NCBI GenBank assembly: GCA_964016885.1
Contig: OZ024763.1
Span: forward strand, 11,284,001-11,348,000
DNA: 64,000 bases
Source: Eledone cirrhosa
Taxonomy: Eukaryota
Direction of reading: 5' to 3'
Shown here: positions 13,936-27,811 of the stretch, one piece after another
Layout of the letters: each line of letters starts with the position of its first letter
Position numbering within the stretch: position 1 is the first letter of the stretch
Notes under the pieces: model-generated
Database searches by the model: none
What the model saw: only the letters and a program-made list of their open reading frames with translations
Told to the model about the DNA's origin: nothing
Program-made: the position numbers and the translations under genes

Positions 13936-14076
13936 GAAGAAGAAGAAGAAGAAGAAGAAGAAGAAGAAGGCAAAGAAGGCAAAGAAGGCAAAGAAGAAGA
14001 AGAAGAAGAAGAAGAAGGCAAGGCAAAGAAGAAGAAGAAGAAGAAGAAGAAGAAGGCAAAGAAGAAGAAGAAGAAG
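13936..14076. repeat. (GAA)n/(GGCAAA) purine-rich microsatellite
   Basis: Directly visible. Confidence 0.95.
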
Positions 14077-14669
14077 ATTTTATTTATGGAACACAATTTA
14101 ATTAAAATTTGTTGAAAATTTAAGAGTTATTTCCCCTGAATAGCAAGCAATCAAGGTAGGGAATTCCGTTATCACACTGACTAAAATAATTATGGCTGAG
14201 TTATCTCCCTTTCTTTCCCCGCACTAGAATTATAAGTAAACATTAAGTTACTGAGACGAATTCTTTAAAAGAATCTGTAATCCCTACAAAATAGGAACAA
14301 TATGTAACTAAATATCGGGTCTTGACCACTCACTTCTGACCGGTCACCATCGAGACCTCAGGTACCCTCGGGCCCTGCACTGATGATTTTCTTCGTAAAA
14401 TCTAAATATCGGAAGGACACAATCCTCCTTGAGGAAGGATGAGAGGTGGTTGTTGCAACGGGATTGCCTGTTTACCTGCAGGGTGCAGCTGAAACAGGGC
14501 TCAAGCTGGGGTGTACAGTCTGTCGCTCCCTCTCTCTCCCTTTCATTGCTCAATTCCTTTTGCTTTGCTCTTTTCCTTATTTTCCATTCTTTTATTGGTT
14601 TGTTTTGGTTTATATTGCAATAATATTTATCAACATCCCAGACATTATCTACCATGGAAATATATTATA

Positions 14670-15002
<333 letters not shown>

Positions 15003-15643
15003 ATCTATATATATTTATATTTATATATATCTATATATATTTATATTTATATATATCTATATATATTTATATTTATATATATCTATATATATTTATGTTA
15101 TATAGTAGAATAATCGAGTATCGAAAAATCGGCGCACGAGTTCACGATAAACAAAATTCGAAATGAGCGGCAGAGGGCTCAATAATTCAGATAAATCAGA
15201 GCAATAACTATCGTTAAAATACCGTCACACATAGAACATGTCTAAAATCAACCATACGACCGAAAAATTGCGATCTGGAAGATTCGGGACACTCAGATAA
15301 AATATCAATAAATCAATAAATCAAATATATATTTATGCCTATATATATATATTTATGTTTATATATATATTCATATTTATATATATATATTTATGTTTAT
15401 ATATAAATTTAAGTTATATATATAAATCTACTCCAAGAAGCAGGTCAACTCCGATGGATCTTTTAAGTCTCATAGGATACTTCCTTAAAAATGGTTTTTT
15501 AAACCCGAAAATATTTAGGATTATCAAATTTGCTAAGGTAAAATTCTTTTGTTATCTTAGCAATCTTGATGTTCTTTCTAATGCATTGTATGGTTTCCAA
15601 AATTATTTAAATTTGTGTTTCATATATATTTATGTTTATATAT

Positions 15644-15818
15644 ACTAGCAGCATTTTTGGCAGTTTTGAACGGCATGTTTGTTCAAAACATCAAAAAACA
15701 AATGTTACCTCTAAAGTGAGACAGGTGTAATATTAACCTCCAAAGGTTTTTTTTTATTAAATAACGAGCAGACTGAGGCACGGGCGGACAGGATTCGACT
15801 TTTATTTATATAGAAGAT
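15644..15818 (+). mobile_element. Short Helitron/Helentron-like element
   Basis: ACTAGCAG 5' end and TTTTATTTATATAGAAGAT 3' end, similar to 5945-6720. Confidence 0.45.
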
Positions 15819-15916
15819 ATTTATATTTATATGTATTTATGTTTATATATATATATTTGTTATACACATATTTCTGTTATATATGATATATATACATGTC
15901 ATTTATATATATATAT

Positions 15917-16775
15917 CATCGTCATCATCATTATCATCGTTTTTACGACCACTTTTCCTTGCTTGCATGGGTTTGCCGGGTCCTACTAAAGCACGGCATC
16001 TCTCCACTTGTCGCATTCCTTTGTCATTTCCTCTGCTAGTTTTAGCGATTTGAGGTCAGCTCTCATAACCTCTGCTCAGGTCTTTCTTGGTCGACCTCTA
16101 TTGCAGCTTCCATCCACCGGAACTTCCTGGTATTTCTTCACCCATCAGTCATTGTCCTTGTGCATCACCTGTCCATACCCATGGACAGGTGATGCACTTC
16201 TCTCCTGCAACCATCTCGGATTTACCTTAAACCCAGCTTCTCCCTCAGCTTGTCCAAGCTCTTCCTTTCTCTCACATTTACATTGCACACCCATCGAAGC
16301 ATGGTTGCTTCATTTCTTTACACATGTCCTCTGCAGTTACAGCTCATGTTTCACTACCATGCAGCATTGCACACTGCACACAGGTGTCATACAGTCATCC
16401 TTTTGTACGTAAGGAGAAACCTTTTGTTGTCAGCAGTGGGAGTAGTTCTTTAAACTTCTTCCATCCTATCTTTATTCTAGCTATTATACTCTAGGCACAC
16501 CTTCCTCCACTGCTAATTAGATCACCTAGATAGCAGAAGCTATCAACCATGTCTATGGATTCTTCCTGTGACTGGAAAAGGTTTATATCATAAGTACTCT
16601 TCCTATCGATTTCTCCTGTGCATCTTCTACAAGTAAAGTTCTCTCTTCCTGTTAGTCTACTTGTTACCCCACTACATCTTTTGTGTACCCAAGATTTACA
16701 TTGTGTACCTTGTACGGAGTTTATACCTACTTCCTTTCTGCATATTAAGGAGGGCCACTTCCTTGAATGAATCTT
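15917..16775 (-). mobile_element. Degenerate 3' fragment of a PHD-finger RTE LINE
   Basis: Minus-strand KWP...GKEVGINSVQGTQCKSWVHKRCSG motif; (CAT)n tail and TTCC..GCTTGCATGGG terminus as in 46438-48680. Confidence 0.75.
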
Positions 16776-16776
16776 G

Positions 16777-17290
16777 GTGTCACAGTGGTAGGGTGGGTGG
16801 CCCTGAGTAGCTCTGGTGTCACAGTGGTAGGGTTGGTGGCCCGTGTAGCTGGGGTGTCACTGTGGAAGGGTAGGTGGCTCAGAGTAGCTCTGGTATCACA
16901 GTGGTAGGGTTGGTTGCCCGTGTAGCTGAGGTGTCACTGTGGAAAGGTAGGTGGCCCAGAGTAGCTCTGGTATCACAGTGGTAGGGTTGGTAGCCCGTGT
17001 AGCTGAGGTGTCACAGTGGTAGGGTGGGTGGCCCTGAGTAGCTCTGGTGTCACAGTGGTAGGGTTGGTGACCCGTGTAGCTGAGGTGTCACTGTGGAAGG
17101 GTAGGTGGCCCAGAGTAGCTCTGGTATCACAGTGGTAGGGTTGGTAGCCCGTGTAGCTGAGGTGTCACTGTGGAAGGGTAGGTGGCCCAAAGTAGCTCTG
17201 GTATCACAGAGTGGTAGGGTTGGTGGCCCGTGTAGCTGAGGTGTCACTGTGGAAGGGTAGGTGGCCCAAAGTAGCTCTGGTATCACAGAG
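16777..17290. repeat. Minisatellite of alternating 38/39-bp units (77-bp dimer), about 13 monomers
   Basis: GTATCACAGTGGTAGGGTTGGTGGCCCGTGTAGCTGAG alternating with GTGTCACTGTGGAAGGGTAGGTGGCCCAGAGTAGCTCTG. Confidence 0.93.
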
Positions 17291-17412
17291 TTGATGAAAC
17301 ATTCAGGGACGGGGTACAGCAGCACCATCAGCACAGATCTGTGGTTACCAAGCAGGAAGCATATATATATATATAATATATATATATATAATATATATAT
17401 ATATAATATATA

Positions 17413-17760
17413 TACAGTAATCCGCCGGTTATCGCGGAGATACGTTCCAGAAACAAAGGCGATAAATGAAAATCCGTGATAGATATCGTCCATAAAGATA
17501 ACCATTTTTTTTATAGTTTAAGCCTTAAAATACTTCTCCTACACGTTTTAAGTACATATAAACGCATTAAAACACACTTTTGTATTTAAACACCAAAAAC
17601 AGCCAATAACGAACGTACCACAAGGCAGCACACACTTTTAGTAGATCATATCGGCATGAGTTCTTATTTAGTGTCTGTGTGTTTTTCAAGTTTGTTATTT
17701 TTTTATCGATTTCTTTTTGTCGAGCTCTCAGCTACGAAATATAAACAAACCGAAAATATA
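17413..17760 (+). mobile_element. pogo/Tigger-like DNA transposon end
   Basis: TA|CAGTAATCCGCCGGTTATCGCGG terminus; no partner TIR seen. Confidence 0.4.
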
Positions 17761-17804
17761 AATACAGACACGTGAGCACGTGCACTCCCCCCCCCTCCTC
17801 CATC

Positions 17805-17839
<35 letters not shown>

Positions 17840-17909
17840 TGTTCCAACAGACATGGTCGCATTCTTTTAAGGGTATGTCAATATTTGTTTATAAAACTGA
17901 TCTATATTA

Positions 17910-17974
17910 TATTTTATCTGATGAAAGCGCACCATAATTTGCTTTGCTGTCCTTGAAATATGTATAATGAAATA
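17910..17974 (+). ncRNA. Minimal type-I hammerhead ribozyme motif, intact core
   Basis: 8-bp stem I TATTTTAT/ATGAAATA, CTGATGA (17918-17924), stem II closed by AAG/CTT, GAAA (17955-17958), 2-bp stem III, predicted cleavage after ATA (17966). Confidence 0.6.
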
Positions 17975-18006
17975 AATATGGTTTTATAAATATAGTTTCC
18001 ATTAAT

Positions 18007-18190
18007 GTGGATTGGCAGTATCAGTAGAGGGTCGGACGCCATGCTTTCCAGCATAGTTACGTCCCTTTACGATCTGAGTTCAAATCCCGCCGAGGTTGAC
18101 TTTGCCTTTCATCCTTACGGGGTCGATAAAATAAAGTACCAGTAATACACTGAGTAATTGCTGGCCTTGTGCCTAAAGTAGAAACAATTA
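18007..18190 (+). mobile_element. SINE family A
   Basis: Near-identical to 27152-27336. Confidence 0.9.
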
Positions 18191-18200
18191 ATATATTGTA

Positions 18201-18243
<43 letters not shown>

Positions 18244-19604
18244 GATGGGTTTCTGCATAGTTTCTGCCCACCAAATATCACTAACAAGGCCTAGGTTAAC
18301 GCGAGGCTGTAGAAAACATTTACCCAAAATGCTGCGCAGCCTGAAGCCGTATCTATAGGGACTAATGGAAATGTTTTATGTAAAATACTATATAAAAACA
18401 GTCAAACACCAGCTGAATGAGCACTCAATACCTACGTAGGGGTGAACGAATATTTTATTTTTTCAAAGAAGAATGTGTTAGTGACCTCGAAGTTTCGGTT
18501 GTAAAGTCGCCTCTTCTGATAGTTGAGGTAACATTTTTCTTTGTGTGTGTGTGTGTGTGTGCGTGAGTGTGTATATGGGAATGAATGTGTGTGTATGATT
18601 GTGTGATTATGCGTAAATGCATGTGATTGTGTGTGGGACTGTGTATATGTATGGTGTATGTGCGTATGTAGGAAAAACATTATATGAAATTGCTAAAATA
18701 AAACGTAAAGCAAAATAAAAAAAAATAAAAAAGCGAAAACAAGGGCTTAAGGAATAAAATAAGGAGAGAAAGTGAAGTAATGTTACACCGGTTAGTATTA
18801 GCAGTGGTAAAGTATGAAATAAGAGGAGGTGAAGTACTGTTACACCGGTTAATATCAGTAGTAGTATGGAATAAAACAATAAGAGGAAGTGAAGTGGTGT
18901 TACACCGGTTTAGTATTAGCAGTAGTAGTAAGAAAAAGAAATACTAAAATCTACCCGGCACATATTTTGGTGACGTGAATAGCTTTTTTTTTTATTTTTT
19001 AATATCTTTTTTTTATTTTGGTTACCAAATAATAACAACAAACCTTTGTTCTCTCACAATACAGAACATTGACACACACACATATATATATTTATACGTA
19101 CATATGAGTAAGATATATATATATATACACATATACAGTCAGAAGGATATACCACGTCTTAACAGATGCCAATCATCTACAACTTATATTTATATTAACA
19201 TATCTATATAGACAAGCCTATATATACATATATATATATATTATACATCACAACTCGTCTATCTAGATTTGAAAGGCGAAAATGACAGATACAAACTTAA
19301 TTCGCTCATTTTATGGGCGAATGCCAACTGGTAAGGTTCACTAATGTTTTTATTGTTGTTGTTATGTACCCATCTACTCGTGTGTGTGTGTAGCATTTGT
19401 TGTTTTTACTGACCGACTTTCTAATGTTTAAAGTAAATGAAAATATCTCGTCTGATTCACTCGGTTCATTGCGTATAGACACGTTGGCTTGTATACCCCG
19501 ACGGCAGAGCTCAAGCCGTTTCGACGGCTATTTCTGGACACTCTACTACCCTAAGTATTGAGTACTCTGGTGCTTTATGGTCCATCTGGTTCCTTACCAC
19601 AACT

Positions 19605-19672
19605 CCTTGTCTGACGAACGAATGAGGACGTTTCTTGTATTCGTCTTATTCGGGAAACCTCTGGTAATGAGG
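19605..19672 (+). ncRNA. Minimal type-I hammerhead motif in a PLE terminal remnant
   Basis: CCTTGT-CTGACGA-(CGAAT..GACG/CGTC..ATTCG)-GAAA-CC-TCT-GG-TA-ATGAGG; the basal pair of stem II is mismatched. Confidence 0.5.
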
Positions 19673-19778
19673 TAATTATATTGTATTGTTTATTATACAT
19701 TAAATTTAGCTATGTAACTTACATAGAGCACTCTTCACTCCTATGACTTTTTCAATTTGCAACGGAAACTTCAATACT

Positions 19779-19810
<32 letters not shown>

Positions 19811-19847
19811 TATATATATATATTTATATATATATATTTATATATAT

Positions 19848-19881
<34 letters not shown>

Positions 19882-19929
19882 ATACATATATATATATATA
19901 TATATAAAGAGAGAGAGGGGAGAGAAATA

Positions 19930-20067
19930 TAGGGTATCCTAAAATTCACTCGGGTATTTGAACTTTAATAAACTTTGTGTGTATATTTTCATTCTGTAAG
20001 AATTATAAATTATTTGCAATGTTAAAAACAACTTTATAATACCTAGGTGACTTTTGGGACACCCCTA
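19930..20067. mobile_element. Tc1/mariner-type MITE
   Basis: Imperfect TIRs TAGGGTATCCTAAAATTCAC / GTGACTTTTGGGACACCCCTA. Confidence 0.65.
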
Positions 20068-21004
20068 TCTACATACACTCATTTCCCTACATATATATAT
20101 ATATATACACCCAGTGAAAACTCTTGAAACTGTTGGTAGTGCAGTGTTAAATCAAACTGTTAATATAAATAATCTCAACTTGTACATTGTGTTGATTGCA
20201 CTGTTTGTACTCTCGTCTATCCTATTTCTTCTTCTACCTTTCATTCAATCTTCCGATGAAGGAGAAGCGTTTGAAACGTTAAGACTTTTCTACTATAGCA
20301 AACATTAAGCTAATGTAGATCTTCATTGTACTGTATCGTTGTACTGTGTTGTCATTCCTTATTGACTTTTCACACCACACACGCACACATATCCCTATAT
20401 ATGAAGACAGACACATCATCTGCCTTCAAGAAACCACTGGTAAATGAAATAATTATCTCGTGTTGTTTATTACATAACTAAATATATATACATACATACA
20501 TACATACATACACACCAAGAGCATTTCACTGCTATTATACATACATCTCTATATACACCCCCGTCTAAAGCCTACATTATCTTCATTGATATTATTCATT
20601 TATCAACACGAAATTATAAGAAAGCTTGATGGAAACCAAATTAGATTTCAACTCAAATATAGACCCAAAGTATTTCAATATTTCAGTAAACATTAAATAA
20701 ATGTGTCATAAATCTTTCTCCATGTCCACGTAATCACAATAAAGTAGTTAGACAGTTTTAAAGCCACTTCCACCAATAGAATCGCTATTTACATATATTT
20801 AAATATATCACTGTAAAATTTCCTTTAAAAATTGTGTACTATTGTTAAAGTTAGTATGGGTGGGTGAGCACTTGACTGTGTTTACACTGCAAGACTAATA
20901 ATTATAAAAGTTACTAATCTAGGAACAAGACAAGCAATGTTTTGGTGTGAAAGGAGGGGGTAGTTGTTTATATTGATAGCAGTATATGACTGGTATTATC
21001 ACGT

Positions 21005-21490
21005 TGGCAGTAGAGGGTCGTAGTTACGTCGTAGTTACGTCCCTTTACGATCTGAGTTCAAATCCCGCCGAGGTTAACTTTGCCTCTCATCCTTACGGGG
21101 TCGATAAAATAAAGTACCAGTAATGTACTGGGGGGGGGGGAATATTTGCTGGCCTTGTGCCAAAAGTAGAAACAATTATCGCAGCAAAGTTGACCTCGGC
21201 AGGATTTGAACTCGAAGTTGACTTTGCCTTTCATCCTTCCGGGGTTGATATAGTAATAATTGTTTCTGCTTTTGGCACAAGGCCAGCAATTACCCCAGTA
21301 CATTACTGGTACTTTATGATATAGTAATAATATACCAGTCATATAATTGTTTCTACTTTTGGCACAAGGCCAGCAATTAACCCAGTGTATTACTGGTACT
21401 TTATTTCATCGACCCCGTAAGGATGAAAGGCAAAGTTAACCTCGGCGGGATTTGAACGCAGAACGTAAAGGGTCATAACTCTATACTGCA
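21005..21490. mobile_element. Cluster of SINE-A copies and fragments in opposite orientations
   Basis: + copy to about 21179, small internal hairpin 21188-21245, - copies 21258-21316 and 21345-21490. Confidence 0.8.
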
Positions 21491-21581
21491 AACCTGTCAT
21501 ATAATGAGGTTGCTATAGTAATAATATATCTGTGAGTGATTGTATCCCTCCCACATAATCGAATATTAATATTAAGATATA

Positions 21582-21708
21582 CAGGTAAAATTCCGTTATA
21601 ACGAAAACATTTTTCAATCTCCGACCACACGCTCGATGTGTTAGATTGATCTCGTTACAACAAATTTTTTTTATACCCCGTGAATTTCGTTATAACGGAA
21701 TTTCACTG
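21582..21708. mobile_element. Tc1/pogo-type MITE
   Basis: TA|CAGGTAAAATTCCGTTATAACGAAA ... TTTCGTTATAACGGAATTTCACTG|TA. Confidence 0.8.
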
Positions 21709-21955
21709 TACACCGTTTAAAATAGTGTTAATTATTAATTAACTTTCGTCTACAAAACTTAGCGATTAACTTATGTTCTCCCCACATAGTGACTGGCTCT
21801 CTCCACACGCCAGAAATAGCAGCCAAATTACACTTTATATTTGGAAATATACAGTGATTAAGGTGGCTGAGAGTGTTTACACAGGTAAAAATCAGGTAGA
21901 AAGCTTTGTTTACTGATCAGTGGTCCGAGACGTGGAACTAATTACGTGTCGTGTC

Positions 21956-22519
21956 CACACACATATACACACTACATACTCATACTTACACACACATACT
22001 CATACACACATATACACACTACATACTCATACTTACACACACATACTCATACACACACATATACACACTACATACTCATACTTACACACACATATACACA
22101 CTACATACTCATACTTACACACACATACTCATACACATACATACACACTACATACTCATACTTACACACACATACTCATATACACACTACATACTCATAC
22201 TTACACACACATACTCATACACACACACATACACACTCATACTTACACACACATACTCATATACACACTACATACTCATACTTACACACACATACTCATA
22301 CACACACACATACACACTCATACTTACACACACATACTCATATACACACTACATACTCATACTTACACACACATACTCATACACACATATACACACTACA
22401 TACTCATACTTACACACACATACTCATACACACACATACACACTACATACTCATACTTACACACATACACAAACATACAAATACTCACTCATACAAACAC
22501 ATATATACACATATTCATA

Positions 22520-22550
<31 letters not shown>

Positions 22551-22800
22551 TCATACACCCACACAAACGTACACAAACACAATCATACATACGCTCACAC
22601 ACATACACAAACATCTATATTCACACATATATACACAAGTACTCATACACGAGTATACACACTCGCATACACAAAAACACTGACACATACTCTCATACAC
22701 CCACATACAAATACATACACATTCACTCATACACACATACACTAACTCACACACACATGCAAATACACACACTAACATAATATAATCACACACACAATAC
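21956..22800. repeat. CA-rich complex tandem repeat (CACTACATACTCATACTTACACACACATACT-like units)
   Basis: Directly visible. Confidence 0.9.
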
Positions 22801-23013
22801 ATTCCAAGCTAAATTAAGAAACCCTCTATGTGGTCTCTCGACGTGTTAGACATGACAGCCCGATCTCCCTCAAACCACAGTCATATCAGGTTGATAGTAT
22901 AAAGTACTAGTTAAATACTGTGAGGTCGATATAATCGACCATTACCTCACACCAATTTTCAATCACTCTGTTTACGTAAGAAGTCATTTCATTCAAGTGA
23001 AGGCACGCCCTGC

Positions 23014-23073
<60 letters not shown>

Positions 23074-24072
23074 TATATATATACACACGTTCTACTATCT
23101 ATCTAGTGTGTGTGAGTGAGCTGACCTCTTTCTCACACTCACTCTCTCTTACCATCTCTCTCTCGCTCTCTCTCCCCCCTCTCTCTCTGTATATAGATAT
23201 ATGTCCGGGTAGTCTTCCATGCTGACCTCTCTCTTTTTCTCTCTCACTCTCTCGTATCACCTTTCTCTCTCACTCTCTCGTATCACCTCCCCCTCTCTCT
23301 TTGTATATGTATATATGTCCGCGTAATCTTCCCTGCTGACCTCTCTCTTTCTCTCTCTCTTTTTCCGTATATGGATATATGTCCGAGTAGTCTTCCCTGC
23401 TGACCTCTCTCTCTCTCTCTCTCTCTAACGCTGCCCTCCCTCCGCTCTCTATCTCTCTCTCTCTCTCTCTTACACGCACACACTCTTACTTCACCACTCT
23501 CCCCTTCATTCTATCTCTCACCACCCAACTATCTCATCCTACCCCTTCTCTCTTTCTGACTGCTTTAGCACCCTTCTCATTCTCCCACCCTAACTGTCCC
23601 TTCTTACCCCCCCCCCCTACCTCATCCTACCCCTCCACCCACACAACATTTCTTACTTCCTAACTTTGTTACTAATTATGGTAACAAAACAACAGAATTA
23701 TTAGACACTATCTGACATTTGTTGTTTCGCCCTGGGTCAACCCCTTGCTTCACTAGACCTTATAATGGTTTCTGATTTAGGCACAAGGCCAGCAATTAGG
23801 GGAGAGGGGAAAGTCGATTAGATCAACCCTAGTTTGTGACTGGTACTTTATTTTATCGACCCCCCCCCCCACACACACACACACTGCCTCGTATGATGAA
23901 AGGCAAAGCTAACCTCGTTGACTAGACCTTATAGTCAAAGACGTTCCAGTGTTACTCATCTATCTATTCTTAGCACAAGCTGACCTATTTTATATATATA
24001 TATATATATATCGTATCATCTATTTATTCTTAGACAAGCTGACCTATTTTATATATATATATATATATATAT

Positions 24073-24322
24073 CATCATCATTTTACGTCTGCTTTTCCCT
24101 GCTTGCAAGGGTGGGACAGGAACTGATTTTGGCTTGATTTCTACAGCTGGATGCCCTTCCTAACACCAACCTCATTTACAGTGAGTGCTGGGTGCTTTTT
24201 TGCCGTGGCACCTCCACGACCACTTTGCAGTGGAATTATATGGACCCCAGTCCCTATCATCTCATTTCTACAGCTGAGTAAACTGGAGCAATGTGAAATA
24301 AAGTGTCTTGCTCAAGGAAACA
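24073..24322 (-). mobile_element. SINE family B, 5'-truncated (RTE-related tail)
   Basis: Matches 61000-61243. Confidence 0.85.
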
Positions 24323-24904
24323 AGATATTATATATATATATATGTGTGTGTGTGTGTATATGTGTATGTGTGTGTGTGTATATGTGTATGTGTGTGTGTG
24401 TGTATATATATGTGTGTGTATGTATATATATATGTATGTGTGTATGTATATATATATATATATGTGTGTGTATGTATATATATATATATATGTGTGTGTA
24501 TGTATATATAGATATGTGTGTGTATGTATATATATATGTATGTGTGTGTATGTATATATATGTGTGTGTGTGTGTATGTATATATATGTGTGTGTATGTA
24601 TATATATATATATATGTGTGTGTATGTATATATATATATATATGTGTGTGTATGTATATATATATATATGTATGTGTGTGTATGTATATATATATGTATG
24701 TGTGTGTATGTATATATATGTGTGTGTGTATATATATATATATAAATCAGGATGGATTTAGTTTGAAACTGGTTAGACCATTACTCAACAGAGTACTCAA
24801 TACTTGGGGTAGTGGAGTATGGTTATATTATAAAGAGTCGGGGGGACCCTGACAACTACTGCTGGTTCAACAGCTAGTTCATATATATATGTGTATATAT
24901 GTAT

Positions 24905-25041
24905 ATATATATGTGTGTGTGTGTATATATATATATATACTATTTCTATATATTCTATTCTAAGGCGGGTAAAGTTCCATATATATATATATATATATAT
25001 ATGGAACTTTACCCGCCCTAGAATAGAATATATAGAAATAG

Positions 25042-25072
<31 letters not shown>

Positions 25073-25085
25073 GCATATATATATA
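24905..25085. repeat. Palindrome with (TA)n centre and mirrored microsatellite flanks
   Basis: TACTATTTCTATATATTCTATTCTAAGGCGGGTAAAGTTCC-(TA)n-GGAACTTTACCCGCCCTAGAATAGAATATATAGAAATAGTA. Confidence 0.9.
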
Positions 25086-25359
25086 TATATATATACACAC
25101 AGAGTGTTCCAAAAGTATATATCACATTACGGCACTTTATATCTTAACTATTGAGAATATCAAAACACAATTTACATTTCCTGAAAGCTAATATTTTCAA
25201 GGTTCTATACAAGAAATTAATTTATATATATATATACACATACACACATACATGTTCTTGTATAAATCACACCTTCATTTTACATACAACATTTACAATG
25301 TACCATATATTTTGAATTGAGTTTTTGTAGATCCTGTAGATAAGTCACATCTCCATATA

Positions 25360-26054
25360 TATAGCCGAATCAATGGCTGAACTAGAAAAGAAATTCCAAA
25401 CATGGAAGCATGGCCTAGAATCAAAAGGCCTTAAAATTAACTTGTCTAAGACTAAAATTCTAATATGTAGGAAGGAAAATAGGGCACTGGTCCCATCTGA
25501 GAAATGGCCATGCTCAGTGTGTAGGAAAGGAGTAGGCAGAAACTCCATTTTATGTCCCAAATGCAAAGTATGGGTGCATAAAAGATGTAGTGGGATCACA
25601 GGTAAGCTAACTAAGAATATAGATATTACATGTGGCCGGTGCTCAGATGCAATAAGTAGCAGCAAATGCCCACAGAATACTAGTTCATTCCATTGCCCAG
25701 ATGGTTCTATAGAAATAGTGGACACCTTCCGTTACCTGGGTGACAAAATCAGCAGTGGTGGAGGGTGCTCCGAAAGTACCCCTACCCCCACCGCCATCTA
25801 CACCACCTCTTTCGATGTAAAGCTATGCAGTTCTAAATAAATGAGGTCCACGCTGTAATGTGGCCGTGTAGGTAACACGGTAAAAACCTCCCAGTCCACA
25901 CTGTAAACGAGGTTGGTGTTAGGAAGGGCACCCAGCTGTAGAAAACCCGCCAGACAGTCCTGAGCAAGACAACCAATCTTGCCTCAAGTGGGACAATTCC
26001 CGTCCAGACCTATGCTAGCGTGGAAGATGGACATTAAACGATGATGATGATGAT
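25360..26054 (+). mobile_element. RTE LINE 3' fragment with internal deletion (same family as 46438-48680)
   Basis: ORF 25373-25840 is nearly identical to the C-terminal part of ORF 47492-48676; ends in (ATG)n. Confidence 0.92.
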
Positions 26055-26059
26055 ATATA

Positions 26060-27710
26060 GACCTCAGCTTCCAAGAGATTAGTCATCACTCCCAGATGCA
26101 CCTCGTGAAGATGCTGTTGTGACCAGGTTTAAGAGATCAGTAAAACATTCTCTCCACCTCGTGAGGAGCCACCTCTCTGAAAAGAGGAGAACCCCTGTTA
26201 CTTTCCTGATAGCAAGTGTGAAGGAGGATTTCTTACTATGAAGTCGGACCATAGTCTGCTAAAACACTTTATTTGCTGATTTGAAGTCGGATTCCAGCTT
26301 AACCCCAAAGTCTTTCCATGTCTTATCTTTGGATGCCTTTACTGTCTCTTTTGTGACCTTTTGCACCTGCTTGTACTGCAAGTGCCTAAACGAGGACTTA
26401 TATATCCAAGGCAAGCTTTGTAGGCCTCCTTCTGTGCTTAGATGGCATCTTTTACCCCTTGATTGAAAAATGTGGGTGCTCCTGCCACCCAACACCACAC
26501 TAAGGTATTCTTTGACTGACTCGTGTGTGCCAGGTGGCCTGGATCTCTGGAATGCATCTTATCAATGGCAATCAGGAGTGATAATCCCAATTTTCAAAAA
26601 GGGAGACAAGAGATATTGCTCCAATTATAGAGAGATTTCCTTGTGAAGTCTCCCTGTAAAATCTATGCTAAGTGTCTGGCAAAGTGATGTAAGGAGATTA
26701 ACAAGGCCAAGCTAGCTGATGAACAAAGTGGTTTTCACCCTGGACGCAGCACTCACAACCAAATATTCACACTGTGGCAGGTCTTTGAGGAATTGTGAGA
26801 GTTCTGCCAAGAGGTGTGTTCTTGCTACATAAACCTTGAAAAGACATACAACTATGTTCCACAGGACATGTGGAAGGTTCTGCAGTATGGGATCAATGGA
26901 CAGCTTCTTGTTGCCCTGATGTCTCTGTACAAATGCCTGAGTATTTGTGTTCAGATAAATGGTGCTAAATCAAAACCATTCAATGTGGGAGTCAGACTCT
27001 GCCAAGGGTGCGTACTGTCACCTCTCTTGATCATAATCTCTATGACCAGGATTGACATGTGTAGCCATGTTGGAAGTGGTAACATGACTGGCAGGTGGAG
27101 AATCAGTCGGCTGGAATTAGCAGATGACATGGTATTATTTAACTCATCAGGGCGGTAGATTGGCAGTATCGGTAGAGGGTCGGACGCCATGCTTTCCAGC
27201 ATAGTTACGTCCCTTTACGATCTGAGTTCAAATCCCGCCGAGATTGACTTTGACTTTCATCCTTACGGGGTCGATAAAATAAAGTACCAGTAATGCACTG
27301 GGTAATTGCTGGCCTTGTGCCTAAAGTAGAGACAATTTATTTAACTCATCAGGTGACCTCCAACTTGCACTTGATAGGTTTGATGTTGAGGGCTGCATGA
27401 CTGGAATGGAGAACAGTGCTGTGAAAACTGAGACATTTGTCCTCTTGAGGAAGCCTGTGTAGTGCACTTTACATGTGAATGGAGTTCCACTGAAGCAGGT
27501 GGAGAAATTGAAGCATCTCAGGTTTGTGTGCATAATTGAGGGAAGGTAGGTGGCTGAATTAAGTGCAAGAACTGCAGGAGCTGGTGCAGCAAAGCGCCAA
27601 CTTCAGCATTCGGTCATCAGAGGAAGAGAAGTAGGTGTAAAAGCCGAGCTCGCTATCTTCAGTTTGGTATTTGTGCCAACCCTTACCTATGGTCATGAAT
27701 CTTTACAATT
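26060..27710 (+). mobile_element. Degenerate RTE-like LINE with inverted 5' segment and nested SINE
   Basis: + strand 26530-27700: IIPIFKKGDKR.CSNYR, CQGCVLSPLL, LADD; - strand 26060-26500: TWKDFGVKLESDFKSANKVF, a pre-RT region. Confidence 0.75.
27152..27336 (+). mobile_element. SINE family A with 17-bp TSD
   Basis: TTATTTAACTCATCAGG at 27135-27151 and 27337-27353. Confidence 0.93.
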
Positions 27711-27756
27711 TGGATAGATGTATGTTTATATTAGTGTTCATCTCTCTTGTATATTC

Positions 27757-27806
<50 letters not shown>

Positions 27807-27811
<5 letters not shown>

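Noticed and set aside
13570-14115. Poly-Glu/Lys/Arg ORFs
   Set aside because: Derived from the (GAA)n microsatellite
18478-18525. Minus-strand hammerhead-like motifs CAGAAGA...GAAA (also ~6305-6335)
   Set aside because: Core U4 is mutated and stem I does not pair convincingly
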